Sequence record: DRR378314_2238
Strand: one strand, 5' to 3'
Length of the DNA: 64,000 bases
Position 1 is the stretch's first letter. Each line of letters opens with the position of its first letter. Made by a program: the position numbers and the translations under genes. This document shows positions 48,708-57,852 of the stretch, piece after piece. The notes under the pieces were generated by a model. That model saw only the letters and a program-made list of their open reading frames with translations. It searched no databases and had not been told where the DNA came from.

Positions 48708-49055
48708 ATGAACCGATTTGAACAATACGGGCAAAGAAAAGCCAAAGCCGCAAACAAGATGCACTACGGACGTGCGGCGGTATGCTTTTCCATATTCTAC
48801 AGCTTGTTTGCCGCAGGTGCAGTATTGTTGCAGCTGTTGGGAATGGGTGGCGGCATTGTAATCGGTGTTCTGGCGGACCACCCCTATCTTGACCAGTTCA
48901 TCGACAACAGCACCGGTTTCCTGCTGATTTTGCTGTTTGAACTGATGATCAACTTGCCGTTTGGGGCCGTGATCGGCCTGCTGTTCGCTTTCGTCCACAA
49001 CCAGTTGTTGTCCAAGATTTTCGGATTGAATTTGATCGGAGAAGTAAAATGCTAA
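48708..49055 (+). CDS. Hypothetical membrane protein
   Basis: Two to three hydrophobic segments; RBS AAGGA; co-oriented with neighbours. Confidence 0.55.
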   Translation: MNRFEQYGQRKAKAANKMHYGRAAVCFSIFYSLFAAGAVLLQLLGMGGGIVIGVLADHPYLDQFIDNSTGFLLILLFELMINLPFGAVIGLLFAFVHNQLLSKIFGLNLIGEVKC

Positions 49056-49687
49056 AATTCAAGATTCCACTGCTCGCAGCGCTGGTCACTCTGGCAGCCT
49101 GCATTCCGTACCCGGAGACCGAGTTCACGGCGAGTGCAGATGGAATAAGCGTGGTGGGTCTGATTGACGACACAACCACGGAAAACCTGCAAAACGCAGT
49201 TAGCAGGAATCCACAACTGGATACCATTATTCTGCAACATATCCCGGGGTCGGTCGATGACGAGGCGTCGCTGGTAGAGCTCAGCCGCTTTATTCGATCG
49301 AACCATCTAACAACTCGGGTGCCGTCCGACGGCTTGGTGGCGTCAGGCGGAACGGATATGGTGGTCATGGGTGCCCGGCGCATTATCGAACCTGGGGCGT
49401 GTATCGGTGTACACACTTGGTCTGCAGGTTTCATTATCAGCGACATCATAGTCGGCTCGGAACTGTCCAGAGATGATCCGGAGCATGAGCTGTATCTGGC
49501 CTTCTATAGAGAGATGGGCATAGATGAGGACTTCTATTGGTTCACGCTTAATGCAGCCGGCCCAGATGAGGCCCACTGGATGTCACCTGAAGAGATCAAC
49601 CGCTTCAATCTGTCGACAGTACCAGTGCGCGACACTCTGAGAGAAACCCCGCAGCAACGTCAACGCCGCTGTGATCTGAGGCTATAA
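49049..49687 (+). CDS. COG3904-like lipoprotein (ClpP/crotonase-like fold)
   Basis: Lipobox LAAC; PGSVDD, VASGGTD, IGVHTW, FYWFT..AA. Confidence 0.7.
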   Translation: MLKFKIPLLAALVTLAACIPYPETEFTASADGISVVGLIDDTTTENLQNAVSRNPQLDTIILQHIPGSVDDEASLVELSRFIRSNHLTTRVPSDGLVASGGTDMVVMGARRIIEPGACIGVHTWSAGFIISDIIVGSELSRDDPEHELYLAFYREMGIDEDFYWFTLNAAGPDEAHWMSPEEINRFNLSTVPVRDTLRETPQQRQRRCDLRL

Positions 49688-49720
49688 TACCGTATTAGCG
49701 GAACGACTTCTTTACCTCTC

Positions 49721-49757
49721 TTGAGTGTGGCACCGAACTATTCGATGCCACACTCAA
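49721..49757. terminator. Long hairpin between convergent units
   Basis: TTGAGTGTGGCA-CCGAACTATTCGA-TGCCACACTCAA. Confidence 0.7.
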
Positions 49758-49893
49758 TGAATCGCTGCCGAAAGGTTCCATCTCAGTCCGTTTATCGCGG
49801 AGCATATTACGCGATGTGCGATCTGGCAGCACTGTCATGGTCGTTGTGCGAAACAACAATAGTTAGAAATCAAAAGTAGATCGGGGGGGCCTG

Positions 49894-50868
49894 TTATCGT
49901 TCCGCAATGGCCTTTGACAGGACACACATCAGTTCGAAGACCAATGAAATTCCCAGCCATGCCGTTCCGCCAGACGTGTCAAAGGGCGGGGCTACTTCGA
50001 CAAGGTCAGCTCCGATCAGGTTCACGCCGCTTAGTTCACGGATCACTTGTTGCGCCTGAAAACTATTTGGTCCGCCGATTTCCGGGGTGCCGGTGCCGGG
50101 GGCAAAAGTGGGGTCAACAAAGTCGATATCGAAGGTGCAATAGGTTGCCTCGCGCCCCACAATTTCGCGCACTTCAGCCATCACGTGGGGGATGCCGCGT
50201 TCGAACATTTCTTCGATACGGATGATCCGCACACCCTGATCAATGCCCCAGTCGATATCTTCGGTGTTGTAAGCGGTCCCACGGATTCCGACCTGAACGA
50301 ACCGATGTGGATCAACCAACCCCTCTTCGATGGCCCGGCGGAAAGGGGTTCCGTGGGTAAATTTGTGCCCGCCGAAATAGGTGTCGAACAAGTCGGTATG
50401 GCTGTCGAACTGGATCAGACCCACGGGGCCGTCCGAGGCCAAGGCGCGCAAGATCGGCAAAGTGATCAGATGGTCGCCACCTGCTGTCATGGGGGTGATG
50501 CCCTGCGCTTTCATGTCCGAATAGAACTGCGTGACTCGATTCAGGCTGTCGTGGATATCCACCGGGTTCGGAGGGACATCGCCCAGATCCGCGCAATTGA
50601 CTGTTGTGAATGGACTGATGCCCGATGCAGGGTTCATTGCCCGGATCATGGTTGAATAGTCGCGCAGCTGTCGCGGGCCATGGCGCGCGCCGGGCCGGTT
50701 GGTGGTGCCTCCATCCCACGGAACCCCCACCAGCCCCATCTGCACATCGCCATAGCGTGGATGATCTGGGGTCAGGCTCGGCAATCGCATAAAGGTTGGC
50801 ACACCGGCGAAGCGGGCAAGTTCCATTGCTGAAACGGGTTGAAAAAAATCCTTGTCCGCGCTGTTCAT
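49894..50868 (-). CDS. Ureohydrolase, guanidinopropionase (GpuA)-like
   Basis: RFAGVPTFMRLP, GVPWDGGTTNRPGARHGPR, GGDHLIT, DSHTD, FDIDFVDP, GTGTPE. Confidence 0.88.
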   Translation of the reverse strand: MNSADKDFFQPVSAMELARFAGVPTFMRLPSLTPDHPRYGDVQMGLVGVPWDGGTTNRPGARHGPRQLRDYSTMIRAMNPASGISPFTTVNCADLGDVPPNPVDIHDSLNRVTQFYSDMKAQGITPMTAGGDHLITLPILRALASDGPVGLIQFDSHTDLFDTYFGGHKFTHGTPFRRAIEEGLVDPHRFVQVGIRGTAYNTEDIDWGIDQGVRIIRIEEMFERGIPHVMAEVREIVGREATYCTFDIDFVDPTFAPGTGTPEIGGPNSFQAQQVIRELSGVNLIGADLVEVAPPFDTSGGTAWLGISLVFELMCVLSKAIAER

Positions 50869-51854
50869 TGCGTATTCCCCGCTTTTACGTTCTCCGCCAC
50901 CATCGAGATCATCTCAAACATGATAGCCGAAGCCGTCAGAGCCGTGATCTGATTGGGGCTGTCCTTGGTCGGCATCATGCAGACGATATCACCACCTACG
51001 ATATTCATCCCGCGCGCCGCGCGCAGCAGCGCCACGGCTTCGTCGATATCGAAACCCTTCTCGCCAGGTTCCAAGTTCGAAACTGCTGGTGCAATGGTTG
51101 GATCCAGGCAGTCTAAATCGAAAGTGATATAGACCGGGCGTCCAGACAAGACCTCTTTGATCTGGGCCACCACATCTTCGATCCCGCGCTTCCTGAAATC
51201 TTTCATTGTGACTACGTTGTAGCCGTAGTCATAGGAGGGTTCCAGCCAGTCCAGCGTGCGGGCGTGGCCGCGCAGCCCGATCTGCATGGAATGAGATGGA
51301 TCGACTTTACCCTGATCAGCCAGATATGCCCCCCAATGGGCCGCAGATTTCTTCGCCCCCAGAAAGTGATCGACCTTTGTGAATACATCCGTGTGCGCGT
51401 CTAGATGCAGAAAGCAGACCGGCTCGCCTTTGGTAATTCGCCCGCATCCGAGCGCCTGTACAATGCCTCCGGTGATCGAATGATCTCCGCCGACTGAAAT
51501 GGGCCGTGCGCCTGCCGCGTCGATATCTGTGTAAAATCGGGTGATCTGTTCGATGCATGCTTCGTTGTCGTTGGCACGGGGGAAGGGGACGTCGCCGACA
51601 TCGGCAATCTTGGCGGCCGCCCACGGGTCCAGTTGGAACTCTCCATGTACCCGTCTCGACACCGATGAAACATTGCGCAGCGCGCGTGGGCCCAGGTGCT
51701 GATCCCTTTCGGTGGTGCCGTTCCCGGCAGAGTGCGGTACGCCGACAAGGGCGATATCCTGACCTTCCGGTCCTTCATTGGGGCACCGGAACAAGGTCGG
51801 GATGCCCCACCAATACAGATTTTCCATCATGGATTTTTGATATTCGTCGGTCAT
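50865..51854 (-). CDS. Divergent ureohydrolase resembling metformin/dimethylguanidine hydrolase catalytic subunit (MfmA/MefA type)
   Basis: GVPHSAGNGTTERDQHLGPRA, DAHTD, SAAHW, FDLDCLDP, VSNLEPG, DIVCMMPTKD; start may extend to 51893. Confidence 0.8.
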   Translation of the reverse strand: MTDEYQKSMMENLYWWGIPTLFRCPNEGPEGQDIALVGVPHSAGNGTTERDQHLGPRALRNVSSVSRRVHGEFQLDPWAAAKIADVGDVPFPRANDNEACIEQITRFYTDIDAAGARPISVGGDHSITGGIVQALGCGRITKGEPVCFLHLDAHTDVFTKVDHFLGAKKSAAHWGAYLADQGKVDPSHSMQIGLRGHARTLDWLEPSYDYGYNVVTMKDFRKRGIEDVVAQIKEVLSGRPVYITFDLDCLDPTIAPAVSNLEPGEKGFDIDEAVALLRAARGMNIVGGDIVCMMPTKDSPNQITALTASAIMFEMISMVAENVKAGNTQ

Positions 51855-51917
51855 ATGTCGCACCAGAATAAAAGCGCCCCAATGGAAGATCATCGCTGGG
51901 GCAGATTAGGTGTGTTG

Positions 51918-53477
51918 TTACTTTGCGCTCACTCTCCGGCGATAGACACCTTGTGCGATCCGGTCGATGACCATAGCGCAGAACAGGATGGCAAGTCCGC
52001 CGAACAGGCCCTGTCCTTTGGCTGCGTATTGCAGTGCTTCAAGGATCAGCGCGCCCAGCCCCTCGGCGCCAATCAGCGAGGCGATCACGACCATCGACAA
52101 AGACATCAGGATGGTCTGATTGATACCTGTCATGATCGACGGCAGTGCCAGCGGCAGCTCAACATTGAACAGCAATTGCCGTTTTGAGCAGCCAAAGGCG
52201 ATAGCGGCCTCTTTGGTGCTTTCAGGTACACCACGCATGCCAAGCGCGGTCAGGCGGATAACCGGCGGCATGGCAAACACAAGGGTGGCCAGCACACCCG
52301 GCGGCTTGCCTGTGCCAAAGAATGCAATGATCGGGATCAAATATACAAAGGCTGGCATGGTTTGCATGAAATCCAGTACCGGTTCGGCGAAGGCGTACGC
52401 ACGCTTGGATTTTCCAAACCAGATACCCAGCGGGATGCCGATCAGGACGCACAGAAACGCCCCCGCACCAATCAACGCCACGGTGATCATCGACAGCTCC
52501 CACAATCCCATGAAGGCCAGATAAGCCAGCGAAGCGGCGGTGAAAATCGCCACGCGCGGGCCGGCAAGCCGCAAGGCAAGCACAACTGTTACAAACATGA
52601 CCACAGGCCAAGGTGTCTCGATCAGCAGAATCTCAAGTCCGTCCAGCACCCAACGGATGACGGCGGTCACCCCGTCAAACACATCGCCGAAATTGTTGGC
52701 CAGCCAGTCAAATCCCGCATCTCCTTTTTTTGAGAGATAAGCAAAATACTCCCGCCCAACTGGGAACTCGGTGATCGAGATTTTTCCACCCAGAAGCCCA
52801 CCGGTGAGGCCGGCGACAAATTCGTTCGGATTGGCGACCGTAAAGCGGATCAGGGTCAGCGGCCAGATCGCAAATAGCCCAATCAGACCGAATACAATGC
52901 CGGACCGTTTTATCCCCGTCTGTTCGTTCTGCGTTGCGCGCCAGCGCAGATATTGGGCTTCGTAGGCGTAGTTCGCATAAAGCCCCTCGGCCAACTTGAA
53001 CAGCACCATCAGCACCAGCCCGGTCACCAAGATGCCGGTGGCCTCAGTCGAGGCCTCGTTGGCTGCTTGTAACGCCTTTTCGGCTGCGGCGCGCAGATTG
53101 TCTGCAATCTTAAGCTTGGCAGCTGCACCCGTCGCGTCACCTGCGGCAGTCAACTCGGCAGCTTGTACTTCGCGTTTGGCGATGTTCGTGGTCAGCCGTT
53201 CATAGCGTTCCAATTGGTCCGCACCCAATTGCCCCCAAAGGCCGCGTCCGATCTGCACCAATGCGAACAGTTCGAGGACCAGAAAGATCCAGAAAAAACC
53301 CCACACTCCGCGGGCCGCGCCCCAGATCGGACCGAACAAGGCCGCCATCGTATTCCAGGACCATGTAAAACCGGTCTTGCCTTGGATGCGGGCAAATTCG
53401 CGTTCGTAATAAGCGCTGTTTTCAACCGCGAAATGGGTGACGCCGTGGGTATCAGATTCCATCGTTGAATCCTTCAT
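51918..53477 (-). CDS. ProW-type ABC permease with N-terminal DUF2628-like/coiled-coil extension
   Basis: C-terminal PVLDFMQTMPAFVYLIP, EAAIAFG, MVVIASLIGAEGLG; N-terminal YY..F...SWN.AALFGP.W. Confidence 0.85.
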   Translation of the reverse strand: MKDSTMESDTHGVTHFAVENSAYYEREFARIQGKTGFTWSWNTMAALFGPIWGAARGVWGFFWIFLVLELFALVQIGRGLWGQLGADQLERYERLTTNIAKREVQAAELTAAGDATGAAAKLKIADNLRAAAEKALQAANEASTEATGILVTGLVLMVLFKLAEGLYANYAYEAQYLRWRATQNEQTGIKRSGIVFGLIGLFAIWPLTLIRFTVANPNEFVAGLTGGLLGGKISITEFPVGREYFAYLSKKGDAGFDWLANNFGDVFDGVTAVIRWVLDGLEILLIETPWPVVMFVTVVLALRLAGPRVAIFTAASLAYLAFMGLWELSMITVALIGAGAFLCVLIGIPLGIWFGKSKRAYAFAEPVLDFMQTMPAFVYLIPIIAFFGTGKPPGVLATLVFAMPPVIRLTALGMRGVPESTKEAAIAFGCSKRQLLFNVELPLALPSIMTGINQTILMSLSMVVIASLIGAEGLGALILEALQYAAKGQGLFGGLAILFCAMVIDRIAQGVYRRRVSAK

Positions 53478-54523
53478 GCCTTGCCCCCCTGAATACCCTT
53501 AAGCAGGGTCGCGCGATCCACAACGCCAATATCAGAACCGTCGTCATCAGTGATGATGATCACGTTGTCAGTTGTGATGGCGATGTCGATCAAGTGATCC
53601 AGATCCGTACCGTGGTGGGTGCGCGGACTTTCGTCAAAGTTGATAGGGCGTGAGGGTTTGTATTCGTTGATCGGCACCATGATCGAGTGCGCGAAGACGA
53701 GCTTCAGCTTGGAAATACCATCCACGAAATCGCGCACATAGCCGTCGGCGGGCTGGGTCACGATCTCTTCCGGAGTGCCAATCTGCACGATCCGACCGTC
53801 CTTCATGATGGCGATGCGGTTGCCGATACGGATCGCTTCGTCCAGATCGTGGGTAATGAAGACCGTGGTTTTGTGCAGTTCGGCCGACAGCGCCATGAAC
53901 TGATCCTGTAACTGCCGTCGGATCAGTGGATCAAGCGCCGAGAACGGCTCATCCATCAGCAACACGTCCGGGTCCGAAGCCAGTGCCCGTGCCAATCCGA
54001 CCCGTTGCTGCATGCCACCAGATAGCTCGCTTGGAAATCGATCTTCATAGCCGGTCAGGTTGACCCGTTCCAAACAGCGTTGCGACACCTCCCAGCGCCG
54101 CGATTTCGGCTCGCCACGTACTTGCAGTGGGAACCCTACATTGTCCCGCACAGTTCGGTGGGGCAGTAACGCCATATGCTGAAACACCATGCCGATATTG
54201 CGGGCGCGCATCTCGCGCAACTCGCTGTCAGACAGGTTTAACATGTCGTTGCCCATCACGTTGATCTTGCCCGCTGTGGGTTCAATCAGCCGATTCAGAT
54301 GGCGCACCATGGTCGATTTACCAGACCCCGAAAGGCCCATGACGCAAAAAATTTCACCCCGTTTGACCGAGAACGAGACATCCGCGATCCCGACCACGCA
54401 ATTGAATTCCTTCAAAACCTCGGGTTTGGTCAGACCCCGATCGCGCACTGCGGTCATGGCCGCATCCGCGTTGGCGCCGAATATTTTCCAGACACCTTCC
54501 AGAGTGATTACGTCTTCTGTCAT
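53474..54523 (-). CDS. ProV-type (betaine/proline) ABC ATP-binding protein
   Basis: GLSGSGKS, LSGGMQQRVGLARAL, DEPFSALDPLIR. Confidence 0.93.
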   Translation of the reverse strand: MTEDVITLEGVWKIFGANADAAMTAVRDRGLTKPEVLKEFNCVVGIADVSFSVKRGEIFCVMGLSGSGKSTMVRHLNRLIEPTAGKINVMGNDMLNLSDSELREMRARNIGMVFQHMALLPHRTVRDNVGFPLQVRGEPKSRRWEVSQRCLERVNLTGYEDRFPSELSGGMQQRVGLARALASDPDVLLMDEPFSALDPLIRRQLQDQFMALSAELHKTTVFITHDLDEAIRIGNRIAIMKDGRIVQIGTPEEIVTQPADGYVRDFVDGISKLKLVFAHSIMVPINEYKPSRPINFDESPRTHHGTDLDHLIDIAITTDNVIIITDDDGSDIGVVDRATLLKGIQGGKA

Positions 54524-54558
54524 TTCACGCTCCGAGCCTGACCCGCAATTTTGGTAAA

Positions 54559-54583
54559 GGGCGGAGCTTGCACCGCTCCGCCC
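54559..54583 (-). other. Intercistronic hairpin after SBP gene
   Basis: GGGCGGAGC-N7-GCTCCGCCC. Confidence 0.55.
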
Positions 54584-54591
54584 ACAGGTCT

Positions 54592-55542
54592 TTAGTTGAA
54601 CCAGGAATCAACCAGGTCAGAGTTTGCATCAACCCATTCGCGCGCATATTCGGCAGGATCTTTGCCATCCACCGACAACGCATAGACGATGGCGTTAACC
54701 TGTTCGGTCGACAGCTCGACCTGCGACAGCATCGCAGCGGCCTCGGGTTGCGATTCCGCAAGCGCAGTAGCGTAGAACACATGCAATTTGGCGGCGTCCC
54801 AAGCGGTTGGAGCTGTCGAGTTTTCCAGCCAGTTCGGATCGTCCGTTGGTTGCGAGATCTTCCACTGCGCCGCATCATAAGCAGGCTCGGTCAGCGGGAC
54901 CAGATCATAGAGCGAGAACATATGGTGGGGCGTGTAGCAATAGAACACGATGTTTTCGCCTTGAGCGACCGCGTTGTCGACCTGAGCCAGCGCCAGTGCC
55001 TCATCCATTTCCATCAGGTTCATTGTCTCGTCATACCCATAGGATTTGGCGCGGATTTTCTCGACATTGGTGGACGCCCAACCGGCGCCACCGATCCAGA
55101 CTTCGCCGCGACCGTCGCCATCGGTATCGAAGTTCGCGGCCATATCGGGATCGGTCAGATCACTCAGCGCGCTGATGCCGGTGCGTTCTTGCGTATCCTT
55201 GGTAACGCAAATCTGCTGATCTGAAAGCACGGCATTGGGGTTGAACGTCACGCTGGCCTTTTCAGAGACAAAGGTGTCATGCAGGTTCTGCTGATTAGGC
55301 AGCCAGACCTCGGGGTGGACATGCATGGCGCCGGAGTCCATCGCCTCGAAGATGATCGGGTTGGTGCCGTTCTGTAGCTCCACTGTGAGGCCGAGGTTGT
55401 CTTCAATCGCAACTTTGAGAATATGCGCTGTGCCGCGGACCGAAGTCCAATTTGGCACTCCGATAATAACGTCCTGTGCCAAAGCGGCGGTTCCAAGTGA
55501 CGCCGCCAGCGCTGCAGCTGAGAGTGATTTCAGTACTTTCAT
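54592..55542 (-). CDS. ProX-type (betaine/proline) ABC substrate-binding protein
   Basis: Signal peptide; NWTS, PEVWLPN, FDTDGDGRGE.W.G..GW, FYCYTPH. Confidence 0.88.
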   Translation of the reverse strand: MKVLKSLSAAALAASLGTAALAQDVIIGVPNWTSVRGTAHILKVAIEDNLGLTVELQNGTNPIIFEAMDSGAMHVHPEVWLPNQQNLHDTFVSEKASVTFNPNAVLSDQQICVTKDTQERTGISALSDLTDPDMAANFDTDGDGRGEVWIGGAGWASTNVEKIRAKSYGYDETMNLMEMDEALALAQVDNAVAQGENIVFYCYTPHHMFSLYDLVPLTEPAYDAAQWKISQPTDDPNWLENSTAPTAWDAAKLHVFYATALAESQPEAAAMLSQVELSTEQVNAIVYALSVDGKDPAEYAREWVDANSDLVDSWFN

Positions 55543-56846
55543 TGTTGGATCTCCTGAACTGTTGGTTGAATTTTTTTCTTGTTATTGCCATCTTCGGCAT
55601 CCGGTCCGGGTGCGAATGTGGAATATTGTGACAACGCCAACGCGGCCCTGAACAGGACGTTGCAGCCAGCGGCCAGATGTGCAGGTTCGGCCCATTCAGC
55701 CTCGTTATGGCTCAGACCGTCCCGGCAAGGAACAAAGACCATTGCTGTTGGTACTTTTCGGGCGACCAGGCAGGCGTCATGGCCCGCGCCTGAGACCATA
55801 CGACGAAAGGGATAGTCGAGGCCTTTTGTGGCGGTTTCGATGGCGTCAACGCAGCGCCTGTCAAAGCGTACTGGCGGATTGTGCCAGATCATCTCAAGAT
55901 CCACCCGGGCATCCACCTCTGCCTTTGCCGCTTCGGTGATGGCTGTGTCCATGATGCTTAGAACCGCATCGTCAGGATGGCGAAAATCGATGGTGAACCG
56001 CACATCGCCGGGGATCGTGTTGCGGGAGTTGGGGCTGACATGCAATTCACCAACAGTCCCCACGCCGTCAGGGCCATGCGCCAATGCAATTTCCTGTACG
56101 GCTGTGATCATCCGGGCTGCCGCGATCAAAGCGTCACTGCGCCCTTGCATCGGAGTCGACCCTGAATGCGCATCGCGCCCTGTCACCGTCACGTCGTACC
56201 AGCGTTGCCCTTGCCCGCCTGTCACGACGCCGATGATTTCGTCATTGCGCTCCAGCACCGGACCTTGTTCGATATGGGCTTCAAGAAAGGCACCCATCTC
56301 ATGAGCGCCGCAGGGATTGGTGCCGGCATATCCAATCCGGATCAACTCATCCTCCAGACGTGTCCCATCGGCATCCGTTCGGCTGAGTGCAAATTCCAGA
56401 TCGAACAGACCGGCATAAACACCCGAACACAGCATTGCGGGCGCAAAGCGCGCACCTTCTTCATTCGTCCAGTTGACGATCTCGATCGGGGCGTCGGTGT
56501 CGATGCCGAGGTCATTCAGGCTGCGTACGATTTCCAAGCCTGCCATGACCCCATAAACACCATCGAAACGCCCGCCATGAGGTTGCGTGTCTAAATGGCT
56601 GCCAATGGCGATAGGTGGTAAATCCGGGTTCCGGCATTCTCGGCGCGCGAACATGTTTCCCAAACGGTCGAAGGTGACGGTACATCCGGCCTCTTCGCAC
56701 CAGCGGGCGAACAGATCGCGGGCGATCTGGTCATCATCTGTCAGGGCCAACCGCCCGCAGCCGCCGCCCGGCAGCGCGCCGATGCGCGCCATTTCCATCA
56801 GGCTTTGCCACAGGCGGTCGCCGTTGATCTGATTGTCGTCCGTCAT
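55539..56846 (-). CDS. Zn-dependent N-carbamoyl-amino-acid hydrolase (beta-ureidopropionase/hydantoinase-carbamoylase family)
   Basis: GSHLDTQPHGGRFDG, NEEGARF, EAHIEQGP, SGAGHDA, SHNEAE; ATGA-coupled start. Confidence 0.9.
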   Translation of the reverse strand: MTDDNQINGDRLWQSLMEMARIGALPGGGCGRLALTDDDQIARDLFARWCEEAGCTVTFDRLGNMFARRECRNPDLPPIAIGSHLDTQPHGGRFDGVYGVMAGLEIVRSLNDLGIDTDAPIEIVNWTNEEGARFAPAMLCSGVYAGLFDLEFALSRTDADGTRLEDELIRIGYAGTNPCGAHEMGAFLEAHIEQGPVLERNDEIIGVVTGGQGQRWYDVTVTGRDAHSGSTPMQGRSDALIAAARMITAVQEIALAHGPDGVGTVGELHVSPNSRNTIPGDVRFTIDFRHPDDAVLSIMDTAITEAAKAEVDARVDLEMIWHNPPVRFDRRCVDAIETATKGLDYPFRRMVSGAGHDACLVARKVPTAMVFVPCRDGLSHNEAEWAEPAHLAAGCNVLFRAALALSQYSTFAPGPDAEDGNNKKKIQPTVQEIQQ

Positions 56847-57736
56847 GCGTCTTCGCGATGCAGGGCCTGGCACAGGCAATGAACGCCGCCGCCGCCTAAG
56901 GTAAACATGGACATATCCGGGTCGTAGACATCGAACCCAAGCGCGCGCATCTTGGCATTCAGATCGGTGGCTCCGGCCATCGACAACACCTTTCCGTCAC
57001 CAAGGGCAACAAGGTTCACGCCCAGGTTTTTCGCTTCGCGATATTCAACATCGACGATTTCAACGCCCCAACCTTTGACAACGTCCACAAGCCACGACTC
57101 CATCGCGTCAACGCATGCCACGACCAGTTTCTCAGCCAAAGGAACGACCAAACCATCCATATGCACGAATTCCCGGCTGATCGGGGCCACCACGGCCTCC
57201 CATCCTTCGGCCCGGACAAAGTCGGCGACCTGCTCGGATCCTTCCTGCTCGGACCGCTCGCCACAATAGCCGATCAGCACTCGGCCGGGTTCGATAATGT
57301 TGAAATCACCACCCTCGAAATGCCCCGCAGTTGCGAATTTCCAAATCGGGATATTGTTCTCTTGGTAGAATTTGATCGCAGTTGCGTAATCCGCCCGGCG
57401 GCATTTCAGCTGCATGTGGCAGATCAAAGCACCCCACGGGGTCATCGCTGAACTGTCTCGGGCAAAGAAATTGCGATGCAGCACTTCATCGCTGTCCAGA
57501 TAATGACAGGTGACGCCATTTTCCTCGTAGATTGAAACCATCTCGGCATGCTGGGCCATCGCCAGTTGCAAGTCGAACTTCACGCCCGTCTTGTGCGCAT
57601 TGGCCAGCGTGCGCCCGATCAGCGGCCCGGCATCAACCCATTTGAAATACTCTGGACGTCCCAGCAGGACATCGGTCAATTTGGAATAGTCGTTGTTGAT
57701 GCCCCAGTTTTGCGAGATCGCGCCATCTAAACCCAT
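56843..57736 (-). CDS. DDAH/amidinotransferase (pentein) family guanidino-modifying enzyme
   Basis: FFARDS, FEGGD, FVHMD, GGGVHC catalytic Asp/Glu-His-Cys. Confidence 0.88.
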   Translation of the reverse strand: MGLDGAISQNWGINNDYSKLTDVLLGRPEYFKWVDAGPLIGRTLANAHKTGVKFDLQLAMAQHAEMVSIYEENGVTCHYLDSDEVLHRNFFARDSSAMTPWGALICHMQLKCRRADYATAIKFYQENNIPIWKFATAGHFEGGDFNIIEPGRVLIGYCGERSEQEGSEQVADFVRAEGWEAVVAPISREFVHMDGLVVPLAEKLVVACVDAMESWLVDVVKGWGVEIVDVEYREAKNLGVNLVALGDGKVLSMAGATDLNAKMRALGFDVYDPDMSMFTLGGGGVHCLCQALHREDA

Positions 57737-57819
57737 TTCTCGTATCCTCCCACGGGAATGCTGTTTGGGCGCAAGCTATGCACGTAGGAAATTTTGAATA
57801 AACTACAATTTAAGGGACT

Positions 57820-57843
57820 TAACTTGCATAGTTATACATGTAT
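57820..57843. promoter_or_regulatory. Candidate LysR operator in divergent spacer
   Basis: TAACTTGCA-N6-TACATGTAT; same ACTT-N12-ATGT spacing as 12907. Confidence 0.45.
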
Positions 57844-57852
57844 ATTGCGTGG

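Noticed and set aside
48279-48998. 239-aa minus-strand ORF
   Set aside because: Overlaps two plus-strand genes with RBS and lipobox; no recognisable family
49758-49893. Possible structured ncRNA in convergent spacer (GCTGCC...GGCAGC)
   Set aside because: Only short stems; no promoter or family evidence
49894-51893. Calling this a true metformin-degradation (mfmAB) locus
   Set aside because: No degenerate B subunit, no hypA/hypB and no mobile context; similarity is from recall only
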